Shown here: positions 61,088 through 64,000 of the stretch, piece by piece
How the letters are laid out: each line of letters begins with the position of its first letter
Position numbering within the stretch: position 1 is the stretch's first letter
Source of the DNA: Candidatus Poribacteria bacterium
GTDB lineage: Bacteria; Poribacteria; WGA-4E; WGA-3G
Assembly (NCBI GenBank): GCA_965205025.1
Contig: CBDBFU010000014.1
Location: 256,001 to 320,000, forward strand
Direction of reading: 5' to 3'
DNA length: 64,000 bases
The notes under the pieces: generated by a model
Told to the model about the DNA's origin: nothing
Databases searched by the model: none
The model's input: the letters and a program-made list of their open reading frames with translations, nothing else
Made by a program: the position numbers and the translations under genes

Positions 61088-63019
61088 TCGGATTAACATC
61101 TTGCGCGTAGCCGTAAACTCCCCCGCTCTCAGTGTGTAAAAATACACACCACTTGCCACGGGTTCACCGAGTGCGTTCTTCCCATCCCAATACGCAGCAC
61201 TGCTCCGGGATTCATAGATACCAACTGCTTGATGTCCTAATTCGAGTCTCCGCACCAATTTCCCATCAGCAGCATAAATAGAGATACTGACATCAGAAGG
61301 TCTTGCTAAATGATAAGGTATCCACGTCTCTGGATTAAATGGGTTTGGATAGTTCGCAAGCAACACTGTTTTGTTCGGATTCAGCGTTGATAAGAGTTGT
61401 TTTAAAACAGCAATACCTTTTCGGAACTCTGGATCTTCCAAATTGAGTTGTTGGGCATAGTTAAGCCACTGTTGAATGTCAACTGCAGTAAGTGTGGATC
61501 TTATTGCATGCACAGAAGGAGCACCCTGTTCAGTGCTGAATGCCTCAGCAACCATTACCAAGTCTAGGATATTTACCTCACCATCACCATTGACATCCTC
61601 CTCTCTATTTTTGACGGTCTGTCCGAAAAGGGAAGCAACCTTTGCCAAATCTAATATGTTTACCTCACCATCACCATTGACATCTTCTAACCTCCGTGCT
61701 GGTTTAATTACTTGCCCATTTTCAACGGTGACAGGAAGACTATTAGCATCATTGCCAGAGAGAACTACTTTAGATAAGGTTAAAGTTGAGGCTTTAACAG
61801 CAAGAACTTCAAATATGATAGTTGCGAGTATTCCATCACCATCGCTGTTTCCAGCAAGTGAAGTTGCGCCAAGCGTTACGCGATTTCCTTTCACAATCGG
61901 AGGAACAAAATATGCACCACTGGGTAGGTAGTCACTATTATTACCAGATACATATCGGAGCGCAGTAGTATCAAATTCCACTGTAGCCTGGTACCCGGTG
62001 ATGCCTTTTCCACCTTCAATGGTAATATTGATGGTCAATTGTTTGCCGACACGCGGAGACTCTATAGGAGAGGGCGAAATTTTGACAACAGCAGGTGCAA
62101 TTGGATCCGGTTTATCCGGAACACCAGCAGTGACTGATTCATAGAGGTAATCAATTGGAGGTAGAGATGTGCTAGCCCCACAAGCCGAGAACGTTTGCGA
62201 TCCATCTCTAACTTCAATATGTACATGTTCCCCTGTAATATTACCTGGTCCTGTATCCCCTTGTATTCCTAAACGATCACCGATCTCGACAGAATCCCCT
62301 ACATCTACATAAAGATGTCGAGCATGAAGATATAAGGTTGTCTTATTATCATGCTCATTATAGATGGCGATAGTATTAAAGTTGCCGCCTGCCCTAATAA
62401 CTTTCCCCGTTGTTAAAGAATAAAATTCTTCGTCGGCTGTCAATTCGCCAGCTACACTTTTGGTTTGGGCATCCCATCCCGAGTGTCCTCCGCGATAACC
62501 GTCGCAGGCATTGTCGTCATTGGGATCACATCCATAACCATTGTAATCATGGTTGGTCTCTGTATGAGGGATATTCCAAAACAAAGCTTCTACTAGGACA
62601 TCCCTTCGGTCAGCTTCTTCAGCAGCACCAATTACTTTACATCCATCCTCGGTAACAGTTTCTGCACTCCAACCCACGAGATTAGCTCCCAAAATTTTCC
62701 ATTCTACTTCATACCATAATAAGTTGTTCCCTCGTTCAGGTCCCTTTTGTATAATGCCTCTTGTGCCATTAGGCACTCTACCTTTCACAGTAGCAGCCCA
62801 GGGAACAGATATGCCGGACACCCATCTTACAATAACTTTGCCGCCTGGTCCTCTATTTTGTGCCACAACCGTATCGCCTTTCTGAAAAGCCTGAGAACTA
62901 TTTGGAACCAATAATCCCCCAAATATAAATATGAAAAAACAGGCAAGACTCATCAAAGAACGTGTTTTAGATTTCAGTTTTTGCTTTGGCCCTATTGATT
63001 TAATAAAAGAACGTATCAT
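61082..63019 (-). CDS. Secreted M23 peptidase + cohesin + dockerin + CTD protein
   Basis: SH3-like N-terminus; GHSGWD, YLHAR and HVHIEV (M23 zinc motifs); cohesin-like LTINITIEGG...GYQATVEFD...GDGILATIIFEV; duplicated EDVNGDGEVNILDL; CTD. Confidence 0.82.
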   Translation of the reverse strand: MIRSFIKSIGPKQKLKSKTRSLMSLACFFIFIFGGLLVPNSSQAFQKGDTVVAQNRGPGGKVIVRWVSGISVPWAATVKGRVPNGTRGIIQKGPERGNNLLWYEVEWKILGANLVGWSAETVTEDGCKVIGAAEEADRRDVLVEALFWNIPHTETNHDYNGYGCDPNDDNACDGYRGGHSGWDAQTKSVAGELTADEEFYSLTTGKVIRAGGNFNTIAIYNEHDNKTTLYLHARHLYVDVGDSVEIGDRLGIQGDTGPGNITGEHVHIEVRDGSQTFSACGASTSLPPIDYLYESVTAGVPDKPDPIAPAVVKISPSPIESPRVGKQLTINITIEGGKGITGYQATVEFDTTALRYVSGNNSDYLPSGAYFVPPIVKGNRVTLGATSLAGNSDGDGILATIIFEVLAVKASTLTLSKVVLSGNDANSLPVTVENGQVIKPARRLEDVNGDGEVNILDLAKVASLFGQTVKNREEDVNGDGEVNILDLVMVAEAFSTEQGAPSVHAIRSTLTAVDIQQWLNYAQQLNLEDPEFRKGIAVLKQLLSTLNPNKTVLLANYPNPFNPETWIPYHLARPSDVSISIYAADGKLVRRLELGHQAVGIYESRSSAAYWDGKNALGEPVASGVYFYTLRAGEFTATRKMLIRK

Positions 63020-63039
63020 AATAGAATCCTCCTTAAATT

Positions 63040-63264
63040 ACGCTTTGTGCTAGATAACTTTTAGTAACCAATCGTTTCACAACAATAAAGGTTTATATGA
63101 ATATCTTTCATTAGTTAAACGGTTCTTTAGTCCCGTAGGACCGATATGTTTATAGAAAAACTATTACACACATCTCTTGAGTCCCGTAGGGACGATATGT
63201 TTATAGCACAGAATCCAAACTTCGTGAAAACAACAAACACAATTAGTTAACTAGCACAAGTCGT
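63040..63264. mobile_element. MITE with two REP-like palindromes (same family as 25876)
   Basis: TIR-like ends; flanking TTAAATT duplication. Confidence 0.65.
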
Positions 63265-63461
63265 TTAAATTGAATTTATATATCGCTTGATTTCTGCAAC
63301 AGTAGGAAATAGGCATCGTTCCCACTAGACGATAACAAACACATAACAATGTATTGTAAGCGAGTTTTGAAACCTTGCCTACAATATACTATAGCTTGGA
63401 CAGTTTCATCCTGTTAGGACTTTCAAACAATTTTTGTCCGGACTTTTATATAGTTATAATA

Positions 63462-63636
63462 ACGACTTGCACCAGTTAACTAATTTTTTTCCTTATATTT
63501 TCACAGATTTTAGGTTCTGTCCTATAAACATATCGTCTGGACGGAACTAAAGGGTCTATCTGTCATGAGGAAAACTTGCTGAATATTGGACTTATGTGAA
63601 ACAATATTGTACAATAAGTTACTTAGTACAAGTCGT
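63462..63636. mobile_element. Inverted, degenerate copy of the same MITE family
   Basis: ACGACTTGCACCAGTTAAC...AAGTTACTTAGTACAAGTCGT. Confidence 0.55.
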
Positions 63637-63741
63637 TTTTATATCATCCTTTTTCTGTAGGGGTTTTGCGTCTCCTCGCAGGACGATAGTGAACGTGGCA
63701 GACATTTCTCAAATGCCCCTGCCGAGTAAGGTCTTATGATT

Positions 63742-64000
63742 CTACTTCCGTATCAACATCTTACGCGTAGCAGTGAAATCTCCCGCGCTGAATTTGACAA
63801 AATAGACCCCTGCCGCCACCTTCTCACCAAGATTATTCTTACCATCCCAATACGCCGCACGGATCCGACTATGATACATACCCGCAGCCCGATACCCTAA
63901 CGCCAACCGACGCACGACTATACCTCTTACATCATAGATTGTCAATGTAACATCAGCAGGTTTAGATAACTGATATGGTATCCACGTCTCTGGGTTGAAC
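63742..64000 (-). CDS. 3' end of another FlgD-Ig CTD secreted protein (runs off the window)
   Basis: FNPETWIPYQLSKPADVTLTIYD...RAAYWDGKN...TRKMLIRK. Confidence 0.85.
   Translation of the reverse strand, partial: FNPETWIPYQLSKPADVTLTIYDVRGIVVRRLALGYRAAGMYHSRIRAAYWDGKNNLGEKVAAGVYFVKFSAGDFTATRKMLIRK

Noticed and set aside
35581-63019. Numerous short antisense or alternative-frame ORFs within the WD40, YWTD and M23 genes
   Set aside because: Shadow ORFs of long repetitive coding sequences, with no independent signals.

Overview
AT-rich bacterial DNA. The secreted WD40/YWTD proteins ending in a dockerin plus an 'NYPNPFNPETWIPYQL' FlgD-Ig C-terminal domain suggest a sponge-associated Candidatus Poribacteria-like genome (inference). 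From left to right: (1) a type II restriction-modification pair and small metabolic genes (1-5 kb); (2) a ~20-kb defence island (5.2-25.9 kb) with a PLD-SNF2 helicase, a type IIG R-M gene, an HNH protein, a complete Pycsar system (cNMP-TIR + cyclase) and a run of FRG-TPR/TPR paralogues, separated by a recurrent ~230-bp junction that includes a copy of the R-M gene's 3' end; (3) a pyrR-pyrC-carA-carB operon lacking pyrB, with a PyrR attenuator; (4) eight tandem secreted WD40-dockerin-CTD genes arranged as a higher-order (B1-A1-B2-A2)x2 repeat, followed by a transglutaminase-like/YWTD protein and an M23-cohesin-dockerin protein. Intergenic DNA is full of nested MITEs, REP-like palindromes and a 34-bp hairpin element that inserts into other repeats. 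Several small frameshifts, including in pyrR and carA, are probably assembly errors.
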